A stretch of DNA of 18,309 bases. Source: Vitrella brassicaformis CCMP3155. Taxonomy: Eukaryota > Protista > Chromerida. The stretch is taken from contig CDMY01000810.1 of NCBI GenBank assembly GCA_001179505.1, forward strand, positions 1 to 18,309, read 5' to 3'. Positions 1-10,255 of the stretch are shown here, piece by piece. The position numbers and the translations under genes are program-made. The notes below the pieces were generated by a model. It was not told where the DNA came from and did no database searches. It worked only from the letters and a program-made list of their open reading frames with translations. Every line of letters starts with the position of its first letter. Within the stretch, counting starts at the first letter, position 1.

Positions 1-566
1 CGTGCGGCTGCTGCTGCGGTGGGTGCTTCTCGTGAAGGACATCGAGCACCGTGACCCCCAAGGGGCGCTCCTCGGCCTGAGCAGATGGGTGGAGGACCCC
101 CCCCGCCGCCCCTCTCGGTGACGAAGCGGACGGCCGCCCGGACCTTGCCCTCGAGCATGAGCTTGTTGAAGATGCGATAGACCGACGCGTCGTCCAGCTG
201 AGGCTGAGTGGTGGGGAACTGCTGGTCCAGTCGCTCCGCCTCGCACACGAGCTCCTCCACCTGCCCCTTCTGCCACATCTCCAGCCGCCTCCAGAGCATC
301 CGCTTGACATCGCGCTTCCTCTTGACATCCGGATCTCGCTGGATGAGTGTGCGGACGAAGACGCCAGCCCGCTCGGACGGTGCCTCGAGCTTGGAGATCT
401 TCTCCACCTCATCAGCGATGGCATCGGCGATGGCGCGGCCAAGGTTGCCAAGCTTGCTGAGATCCTTCACGCACCGCAGTCGAAGCTGGCAGACCCGCTC
501 GTGATATGCCTCCCACTCAGGGAAAGTCGGTCCACCGGCGGAGTTGACGAGGGGCCCCCTAAACCC
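1..566 (-). mobile_element. 5'-truncated CRE-clade (RLE-type) non-LTR retrotransposon fragment, pre-RT region; continues off the left edge
   Basis: Manual minus-strand translation, open from 566: GFRGPLVNSAGGPTFPEWEAYHERVCQLRLRCVKDLSKLGNLGRAIADAIADEVEKISKLEAPSERAGVFVRTLIQRDPDVKRKRDVKRMLWRRLEMWQKGQVEELVCEAERLDQQFPTTQPQLDDASVYRIFNKLMLEGKVRAAVRFVTERGGGG/VLHPSAQAEERPLGVTVLDVLHEKHPP. The motifs 'RRLxxW', 'LMLEGKVRAAVR' and 'TVLDVLxEKHP' match, from recall, the region just upstream of the RT in CRE/Cnl1-like elements. No introns. One frameshift in the C8 run at 97-104. Confidence 0.8.
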
Positions 567-985
567 TCAGTCGAGTCAACTCACTGCTCAGTTTGTGCAC
601 GGTTGGTGTCGCTAGAATCACAATCGGCTGCTCTTCCTGTGTGCCCATCTCGCCGAAGAACTCCTCGAGGGTCTTGTAGTCATCGGCGTCGGTGGACGGC
701 TCACCGGCTCGACCGAACAGCACGACCTCACTCGCGGTCTTGTAGCAGTGCTGTAACACCACAACCACACCAACGTACGTGTGTGTGTGTGTGTGTGTGT
801 GTGAGGGCTGGGTTGGGTGCATCTTCCTCTTGCTTCCTCACCTTATAGTGCTTCAACAGTGCCCTCTTCAGGTCACAGACGGTCTTGATCCCAAGGGGCA
901 GCACCGGGCTGTTGAAGGCCTCCCAGCCGTCCGACCACCGAAACCACATCTGTTGTCCGTCTTCAAACAACATCTGTCCTGGCAT
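559..985 (-). CDS. Small two-exon hypothetical protein, possibly a Crinkler/ubiquitin-like N-terminal header; 3' end abuts the retroelement
   Basis: Exon 1 985(ATG)-842, phase-0 intron 841-751 (GTGAGG...(CA)n...TTACAG), exon 2 750-559. Spliced product: MPGQMLFEDGQQMWFRWSDGWEAFNSPVLPLGIKTVCDLKRALLKHYK|HCYKTASEVVLFGRAGEPSTDADDYKTLEEFFGEMGTQEEQPIVILATPTVHKLSSELTRLRV*. The family call rests only on motif resemblance (TVxDLKxAL, ASEVVLF, GTQEEQPIVI). Confidence 0.5.
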
Positions 986-1336
986 CTGTCCTGGCACCTC
1001 CTTGGTGCCAAGGAGTTTAGCTCGCAGACCGACTAGGGTGCTTCGTAAAACGCTGGCAAAGATTGTGGGGCCGCCTAGGGTGCTTCCCGAAACCGCTGCT
1101 GCGGCAGACCAGCGGCCAACAATGAGCCGTTCGGGACTCGCGAGCTTTGCGAGCGAGGCACGCTCTTACCCGAAGTTCGTGTTCGTTCGTAATTGGGGCC
1201 AAATTGGGGCCTCGAGACTTCCCCTTCGGTACCGTCTTTTTTGGGGGGCCTCATCAGAGCTTGGGGGCTTTGCATGCATTTCGTGATGCGGCGAACGCGG
1301 AGCGAGTCCCGACCCCCCGACGGAGGAGGGCAACTC

Positions 1337-2157
1337 ATGTCACATTCCGGCTGGGTACGGCAGATGGCCGAAAAGCTGAATGCCCTCACCGAAAACGACA
1401 CCGCCACCGTCGACGACATCCGCGAGTGGCTCCGCAAAAATCAGCGGCTGGAGAGCGCCGACATCGCCTTCCAGAAGTACGTCGCCAGCATAGGTGCTGC
1501 GAATTTGCTTAGATCTCTCTTGTACGTTGACTGGCAGCTTCCCCGACGTCGAGGGCGGCCAGCTGGCCCGTCATGTGTTCAAGGACGGGGATGTCATCAT
1601 CTACACGGCGGGCGGTAAGTGAGCAAGTGGGCGGATGGTGTTATCGGGATGATGCAAATGATCACATGTGTGTGAGCAGACGGTCACCATGTGGTGGACA
1701 TGGAACGGGGCGGTGAGATGGCAAATGAGCCGATGGCTGAGTGTGACGTGGGTGCGTGTGTTCGGTGTTGTAGGGGGTGGGCTAGGCATGGGACCGGCCA
1801 ACCGCACAGGTAGGTGCACATTGGAATGTTGGCAATTGCGCTTTGAGTGCTTCTGTGTGCAATTGTTGCAGGGGAGGCCGAGAGCCAGGGGGGCACCGAC
1901 AGTCAGGGCGACATCCGAGACCGTGTTACTCGCCAAAAGAGTCAGATTGCGAGACACGAGACACCCAAGATGCCAGCATCAATTGTATCTAATCGGCTGG
2001 GCTTCTTCTGTATTGCTTTGTGTGTGTGCAGCCGGTTTGGCGCTCTTCGAAAAATACTTCAAGCCCGTGTACAGGTGCTGCCTCTGCTGTGAGGGGGCAA
2101 TGGTGATGGCAAAGTGGCTGTGCCAGGCCTGCGCCCCCGCCGCCGCCGCCGCATTAA
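1337..2157 (+). CDS. Small multi-exon hypothetical protein (~120 aa), weakly SAM-domain-like
   Basis: ATG 1337. Exon 1337-1476, intron 1477-1537 (GTACGT...GGCAG), exon 1538-1614, donor GTAAGT at 1615, exon from 1872, later exons GLALFEKYFKPVYR and PAPPPPPH, TAA 2155-2157. Reads MSHSGWVRQMAEKLNALTENDTATVDDIREWLRKNQRLESADIAFQNFPDVEGGQLARHVFKDGDVIIYTAG... The middle donor is ambiguous. Confidence 0.5.
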
Positions 2158-2274
2158 ATCAGACCATCAGCAACCTGTGCGGGCATCGGTGAGAAGGACC
2201 AGACGAGAGAGAACGTACTGGTAGGTGGAGTGCGTATGTGTGTTTCGTTCGATAGGCACCAGCAGACGAACACC

Positions 2275-2553
2275 ATGGCGGGGCAGGGGGCGACGGGCAA
2301 CCAGGGGGCCCCGGGCCGGCGAGTCACCTGCATCCTCATGGTGGTCGGGTTGGTCGAGGTGTGGCTGCTGTACAACTCCTGGGTGAGGAGAACGACACAA
2401 CGCAAAAGCGGCTCAGACATGGTGTGGGTGTGTGGGTATGTGGGTGTGTGGGTGCCACAGACCACACAGCCTGCACAAGGGAGCAGCAACAACTCCGCCC
2501 CCCACACACACACTGGCACGAGCCAAAGCACACACCTCCCCCCTGCCACCTGA
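2275..2553 (+). CDS. Short hypothetical protein with an N-terminal hydrophobic segment (signal anchor)
   Basis: ATG 2275 gives MAGQGATGNQGAPGRRVTCILMVVGLVEVWLLYNSW. Candidate phase-0 intron 2383-2460 (GTGAGG...GCCACAG), then TTQPAQGSSNNSAP...PPAT*. The 3' structure is uncertain, and splice signals can also be read on the opposite strand. Confidence 0.35.
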   Translation: MAGQGATGNQGAPGRRVTCILMVVGLVEVWLLYNSWVRRTTQRKSGSDMVWVCGYVGVWVPQTTQPAQGSSNNSAPHTHTGTSQSTHLPPAT

Positions 2554-2654
2554 CCGGCACGGCACAGCACAGCACAATTCACAACCTGTTTGATGCTTGA
2601 TGTACACATAGCTACACGATACACGCTACACGTCTCACCTGCACTTGGGGAATA

Positions 2655-2702
2655 GGGAGAGGGAGGGAGAAGGAGGGAGAGGGAGGGGGGGGGGAGGGAG
2701 GG
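2655..2702. repeat. Purine (G/GA)-rich low-complexity tract; one of many microsatellites, e.g. (GT)n ~778-802 and (GA)n ~10225-10250
   Basis: Visible directly in the sequence. Confidence 0.9.
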
Positions 2703-3399
2703 ACACCGCAGAGTCACTGGCTGACTTGCATGTAGTTTATCTCCACGTACACGTGCATGTGCATGTGCGTGTGCATGTCGGTTCTCTTGATACCGGTAGT
2801 GCACTCACTAGCCATGCACTGTACTCCAGCCTTTTTCTTCAAGCCGTTCACCGACTCACTCACTCTCTCACTAGTGTACCATAGGACACGTAGGGGTGCT
2901 GCCTGTTGTTTCTTCAAACACACACTTTCTTTCATGTGCGGAGTGGTGGATGTGTGAGTGTGTGTGTGTGTGGTTGATGATTGTGTGCTCACCAGGTTGG
3001 CTGGATCTGTGTGCGAGTGTCTGGAGACTTCTGCTCGGCTCAATACGCTCTCTACCCTCCCTTGTCAGCTGCTCGCCAGCACGCTGACCTGTAAGTAGCT
3101 AGTGGTACCTGATTGGCAGGCAGACGAAGAGACAGAGAGAGAGAGAGAGAGAGACTCAGAGATAACCCGAACAGAACAGATAACTTGTAGTTCGTCTGGC
3201 TATGTGTGTCATGTGTTGTGTGTTGCGTGTTGTGTGTTGTGTGTTGTTTTGTTATTTGGCGGCCTGCATTTATATGCACGTGTTGCGTGCAAAGCTGGAG
3301 GTGGTTCTTACTCGTTTACTAGTTAGGGGAGCCAGTCTACGTGTATGTGTGCGACTCGAGGACGGACTCAAACACGTACAGACATGAGACATGAGCCAT

Positions 3400-6300
3400 T
3401 CACGCCTCTCTCGCTGACGAAGAAACAACCACAGCAGCCGACAGCCGAAACATCAGCTGCTGCGCCGCCGTCAGCACCGACTCACCACCGTGACCACCCT
3501 CCGCATCACTGCCCTCCGACAAGCCATCATCACTACACGAGGCCCCGCCACTTCCCGAATGCGATGAGGAAGACACAAGAACAGGGCTTCTCATGTCTGC
3601 CTTTGTCAACATCCCCTCTGTCTCCCTCTCCTTGCAGATGTGCTCGGGCACACCCCATTTCGCCAGGTCGCGTGTGGCCCTCTGCAGCTTGGTCAGCAGG
3701 GAGGGCTGCACGAATGATGGTCGTGCTGGTGGTGACGGTGCTGGTGACGGCTTCTGCTCGGCCGCTGCAGGCTCGGCAATTTGTGGTGGGGGTGGTGCTT
3801 CCAGCTCAGCTAGACGAGCAACAATCGCACGGTGGGCGACCTGTTGAAAGCAGAGGGAGAGACACGAGTATGCGTGCATCGGCTCAGTACTGGATGAGTG
3901 GTTGGCTTGGTGGCTGACCTCTCTGAGTCGTGCGGGTCTTATCCTGTACGGCCCCACACAGATCGGCCGGTTGTCGGCGCTGGCGTCCGTCATGAAGGTG
4001 GGATGCCTCTTGGGCGGCAGCAGAGAGGCAGAGGACCCTTCGGGCGGCCTGGATGCACAGCACACATCTATCAATGTGGGCATCAATTGTCTGTCTCTGT
4101 CCGTGTGTGTTCGTGTGTGTGGGTGTGGGTGTACAGGATTGTCTTGCGCCTCTGCCCTTCCTGCTGCGCAGACTCGATAAATGCCGCCACAAAGGTCATC
4201 AAGGATTTGTACAAGGTCTGGGCGAACAGCCAGAAGAGGCCGCTGTCGATGAAGAAGCAGCAAGTGACGGCCGCACGGGACTGCGCCTTCAGCCGGGCGT
4301 GTGTGCGCTCATCCCTTCGCAAAGCAGCACTCTTGGTGGCCGACTGCACCGCACCATACACACACGCAATGCATCCACATGCATCCATCGGTGTGTGGGT
4401 GTGTTGCAACCGACTCATTCACCTCTGTTTGTGTGCCCCAGAGGAAGTGTGTGGCTCTGTAGTGCATCATGAATTCGCTGCCCTCACGCAGAAGACGGAA
4501 CAGAGCCGACCGCTCCCTCTGCCTGCGCACCTATACGGACGGTCATGAGCATTACTGTAGTAGAGGGGGAGTGCGTGTGTGGCATGGTTACTGTGATGGT
4601 CTTGAGCAGCTCCTGGCCGAATAGCTGTTCGTAAGGCTTCAAGAGGTTGGAGTAATACGACTTCTGGATGAACCCGGCTTGCTGCCGGCGCAGTAGACTC
4701 GACAGCTCCTTCCTGTGTGGACCGATGGCCACAGACGTCTCTCTCTCTCTCTCTCTGTGCGTGTGTGTGTGTGTGTGTGTGCCTGGCGGCGGCAACGAAT
4801 GTCTTCCACTGCTTCATGTGTATGCGTCGCCACACACGAAGGGAAGCCACGCGCACACGCCACGACCGCTGAATCTGCACACACGGGTTCTCGTATGGCG
4901 TGTGGGCCTATGTGTGTGTACTCTGTGCGTACCTTCCTCAAACACAGGAGGTATCTCTTGACCGCCCGCGATACCTTCCCAGCGGCCGCACAGCCACGCA
5001 GGAAGTGAACCAGCAGCCCGACCGCAGCTGCGAGATACATTGCGAATGCACTTTGTGTGTGTGTGTGTGTGTGCAGGTACTGAGTGGGTGTAGGGTCTCC
5101 TGCTCGTCTCTCGGTGAGACAGGGGGCGGGGCTGACGGCACACTGAGTGATCGGAAACGAGCCTGCACGTAGAACGCACACACAGAAGTATACACACCAC
5201 ACCCTTTTGTGCTGCGTGTGTGTGTACCATGGCCATAAGGTGGAAGAAGATTGCCGTCCACACCAGCTGCCTATCACGCCTCTCTCCCAGCGCTTTCTCT
5301 TCCATCTGCTTCTGTCTGTACTGCTGCAGGCGGGCTCTGCGCGCCTCCTACACAAATACACACACACACACACACACAGAGAGAGAGACGTGCGTGTGGG
5401 TGGCTGTGCGGGTGCTTTGTGGTCGTGCTGACCTCCCTCTGTTCTCTGCCCATCTGCTTCTCCCTTTCTAGCATTGACAGCCGACTGCGAGCACGTTCGT
5501 AGCGAACCTGTACGTGTGATTGTGTGTGTGATTGTGTATTGGGCATTGAATGGGCATACACACACCTTCTTAAGAAGGCCAACGGACTTGGCCGTGGTCT
5601 GTGCGCGCTTGTCCTTCCACAGCTGCAGCCTTGCCTGACACCTACCAGCAGGCAGGCAAGCGGCTTGGTGGTGGTCGCTTGTGGTCTCTTTCGAATCTGT
5701 GTCTCTCTCACTCACAGAGAGTCGAATCTCTTGGAGCTCCTCCTTCTCCGATGAGGCACACTGATGCACACACCCACACCCACACCCACACAGCCACGCA
5801 CAGAGAGAAAGGTACAGTGCACACGCCTTCGTGTGGGCAAGGTAACATACCTTCTCCCCCGCTTCTCAAGGTCGCGGAATCTCGGTGTGTTGGCGAACGT
5901 CACTGCGCCGGTGGCGTGCTCGGCGAAGGACGACGTGAGGGCGGGCGGGGACGGCCCTGATGATGTCTCAGGCCGCTGAATGACACACACACACACACAC
6001 ACACATGTGTCTGTATCGGTGGGTGTCGGTGTGTTTGTGTGTGGCACACAGGCGGCTGTGCGCGTGTGGCGCGGTCGAAAGAGAGAGACGGGGCGCGGGT
6101 GTAGAGGACGCTGTGCGTCATTCTGTGTGCCCATACACACAGAAGCAGGCAGGCAGGCTGACATGCCATTGATTCCTGTCACATGCGTGTAGCTACTTGT
6201 ATTCGCCAGGCCCTGGTGTGGTTGGGAACCGCCTCGGGTGCAGGAAGTAATCCCTGCCAGCACAGCCCCGTCCAGTCCATGAAGAGTCCGTTTGCGAGGG

Positions 6301-9300
6301 ATGGGCCGGCTCACTGACTGGTGTGTGTCTCTGGGTGTGGCGGGCACCGAGTGGCACCCCCTCTCTCCTTCAAGCCGATCGCGGGCCCTTGCCACATTGT
6401 ACACACCTACACACACACACATACACACACACACGCCAGAAGTGACACACACATTTGTGCGCCCCGTCCCATCCACCGACCTGGCCCCACCCCGGCAGAC
6501 ACGACACTCTGCCGCGCAGCCAGCTTGGTGAAGGGCACTGGCTGCTGCGGACGGGGCCTGTTTGGGTTGGATGCCACACATGAGTTCAGATGAGTAGATG
6601 TGGGTGGACGGACAGAGAGGCACTGTGAGTGAGTACTCACGTTGTCAGAAGTAATGCAGTGTCGAGGTTGTACCTGCCGGGGCCAAGGGCGCCGCTGCAC
6701 ACATCAACAAACCCATCCACACACACAAACACGTACACACACACACATGTGTCTGTATCGGTGGCTCGTGGAAGCGTACGTACGTCTTGCCCGCTGGCGT
6801 GCGCAGTCGTGGTGGGGGGAATGTGTGTGCAGGCGACTGCACCCGGCCGCCTGACACATGACCTGCACCACACACACACACACACACGCATCCATACCGA
6901 CACCGGTGACGTGCGCTGCGCACATTCGGCCCGGTCTGCGTGGTGGAAAAGCAGCGGGTGCGCATTGGCAGACACCGGCCGCCGCGTATCGGCAAACCTG
7001 TTGGTGTGCTTACAGCACAGAGAAGCACGCACGTTGCCAACACACAACCCCCCGCACCAACCAACATTGTTGATTTGAGGTGCTGTGTGACGTCACCTGG
7101 GCGTGGTGTCCAGGGCGATGTGCGTGACGCCGCCCCTTGCTGTAAGAGGCGCTGCTGGCACGTCGGCAGAAGCAGGAGACGTCTTGCCGGTCTTGGTGCT
7201 CACGTCAGTGCCTGCCGAGAACGGCCTGCAACACCACACCGAGGGAGGGAGACAGAGAGAGAGGGGAATAGAGAATGCTCTGTCTTTCCGCCCACCTGCT
7301 GACAATGAGTGTTTTCCCCTTCTCATCAGGTGTCCCTTTGTCCGGTGTCCATTTGTGGTGAGTGTCAGCACTGTCAATACTGTCGATATCGATGGTGAGG
7401 CGGTCTCTTAGGGCCTGGTAGTGCACAGAAGCGTTGTGGGTGTAGCGAGGGGATGAACCGAAAGGCAGAGTCTGTCTTTCCAATTCAAGCACACATCACC
7501 CCCACACACACCCACACATAGGGTGTCTCTGGAGACAGGCAGGCATTCCTTATGTATATGTGATGGGCTGTGCCTACCTTTTCGTTGGCCGGTCCTTGTC
7601 TGAGCAGCTGCAGGTGCACCTGGTGCCTCCACGAGTCAAACCCAGCTCCCTTGCTCGCATCACGCTTGTCACTGTCCTCCTCTTCCTGGGCGTGCGACTG
7701 GTCAATGGGGACTGCACGCACAAAGACAGACAGACATGCACACACACACAGCAGGGCGGCGTCACATCCACACACATACACCTACCCACAGTCTGAGCAG
7801 GGGGTCGTCGTCTCGCGAGACACACGGTGAACTCCTCCCCGCAGGCCGCCCGCACCACCCGCCATCCGTCCATCGCCGTCACGCGACCGGGCACCGACGA
7901 ACCACTCACCAGTGGACCAAGGCCAAGCTGAGCCCGGTTCGACTCACCTAAATGAATGTGTCACACACCTGGGGAGAGAAGGAGGGGCGTTCTTGGCTGC
8001 TTGCTTTGCCTACTTACCGGCAGCATAGAGGGTGTGTGTGTCGTCGATGAAGACGCTGTGGGAGCGGCCGCAGGCTATAGACCGGATTTTGGTACCTGCA
8101 GGGAGCATACGGTGGCCTGTATGCAGCGAGTGCATCGTGGGGCTGGGAGGAAGGTACTGTACCTTACCTGTCTGGCTGAAGAGTGACGGCTGTATCAGGT
8201 GTGGCAGGTACTGGTCGGTGAAATGCCCTACGCCCAGCTGGCCCTGCGTGTGTGTCTATCATTCTTTCTGTGTCTCCGTCTGTCTCTCTGTGTGTGTCTC
8301 AGTCAGTCACCGTGTTGTTCTTGCCAAAAGCGAAAACCTTCCCCTCAGCAGTGAGGGCCAGTGTGTGTGCCGATCCGCACGCCACATGCGTCACCTGCAC
8401 ATACACACACACACATACACACACAGAGGGCTGGGTGGATGGAGGGGGGCACGGGAGTGAGCACCGACTCACTCACCTTTGGCTCACCTTTGGCCCACTC
8501 GTAGAGAAAAGGCCCAGCTCTTGCGGCGTCATGACTTGCTTGCCGACATACGGGCCGTCGTCCATCGGATCTAGCGGCACCTGCAGACAGACAGACAGAC
8601 AGCCACCTCTGCTGGCTGAATGACATCCCATTCCTTACGTGGGAGGGCAGCCCCAGACGGCCGAAGGAGCCCTCACTGAGCAGCGAGGCGACAGTTAAGA
8701 CACAATGAATGACTGTCGGTGGATCGAATATATATTGGTGTGTCCGTCCAGTCGAGTCCAGTAAGTCCCTACCTACCCGAAGACAAACACGCGATGGGCC
8801 CTCGTGACGCACACAGTGTGGTGATCACCACCTGACACACGCCATGAGTGACACGCACACGAGTGTTCGTGTGCTGTCACAGCAGAGGTGTCTCTCCCTC
8901 CTTCCCTCCTCAGCTGTCTACACACAGACCACATACACGCTGCGGCGCGCAGCTCGCCCATTGAGCGGAGGGGGGCAGGTGTGGCGGCCTCAAGCACGTC
9001 CCTCCCTAAGCCAAGCTGGCCAAACCTGTGTTGCGTGTGAACCAGTCAATGGTTCAGTGTGTGTGTCTTGGTTGAAGTAAGTTGTGTGTGGTCTCATCTC
9101 CCTCACTGGTTGGAACCCATGACGAACGCATGGTGAGCGGTCAACAAGACAGCGTGGGTGGCCTGCATAGCAGACCCCCACACAGACACACCAGACACAC
9201 CACATGGGCCCAACACAGACAGACGTCCTTCCGCTCTTCTCGTCTCACCCACCCCCATAGCAACGCTGTCGACCGGTGCGCACAGCTTCAGGTGTCTCAC

Positions 9301-10219
9301 ATTCCCGGCGCTCTTCTGCTGTGGGCCGATGAATGTGCTCCTGCGTATGGATGAGTGGCGGGAGGAGATGAAGATTTCCGCCGTTGTCTCTTGGGACACT
9401 TTGCTGCCTGCAACAGACAGAAGAGTGGACGGACGATTTGCGTGTGCGTGTGTGTGCCTCTCTCTGGTGCACTGCACACCTTTGCTGAGAGGCAGGACAT
9501 CGCTCTTGCGATGGTGGGAAGCAATTGCCTGTCGGCACACTCAGACAAGCACCGCATATGTGTGTGTGTCTTGGATGGGATGCCTACATTGTGCGCACCG
9601 CTGCTTTGTGTGAGTGTGCCGGTCCCTCCTCTGCGTGCTGTCTTCTCTTCTGTCTGGCTGCTGGCTCAAACAGCACTACACTGCCGTCCTTGAGCACCGC
9701 ACTCAGCAGGTCGCTGTGCCCGCCAAACACACACGCCGGCCTCGCTGCCAAGAAACCACCACACACAGACAGACAGACACACACATCGGTCTGTCTGTCT
9801 GTCTGTCTGGCTGGCTCTCTCTGTGTCTGTGTGTGTCTGCATCTCACCTAGCTACTTACATGTCTTGTCGGCCGCCGCGAGGTGTGTCGGGGCGTGGAAG
9901 CCGTCCACCCCCCTCCCCCAGCAGAACACACTCCCCGACTCGCCCACCACTGCACACGCACGCCTGCAGTGAATGGAATTAATGGGTGATCGAGCGCATC
10001 GGGTACAGTACACAAAAATGTCATGTGCCCTTCATGAAGCGTGTGGTGTGCAGGGCATGGGATGCGAGAGAGAGAGAGTGGGGTAATGTACCTTACCTAC
10101 CTGGCACACGCGACAGACACTGTCTGTTCAGTGTTGTCGTGTGTAAATGGCGGGTCCACCCTTATCGGCGGATACACGTCACGCAGGCCATCAGCAGCGG
10201 GCCTGCACACACACACACA

Positions 10220-10255
<36 letters not shown>

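Noticed and set aside
208-504. 98-aa plus-strand ORF
   Set aside because: Antisense to the retroelement coding frame.
2996-3090. Plus-strand exon (CACCAG|...|GTAAGT) extending the 2275 gene
   Set aside because: Equally good splice sites exist on the minus strand and fit the RCC1 gene's 3' end in phase. The strand cannot be decided from sequence alone.
4639-6623. Long ORFs 4639-5769 and 5712-6623 as intact proteins
   Set aside because: They read through introns (HTHT and CVCV runs from microsatellites). Only their exon segments are real and belong to the spliced gene.
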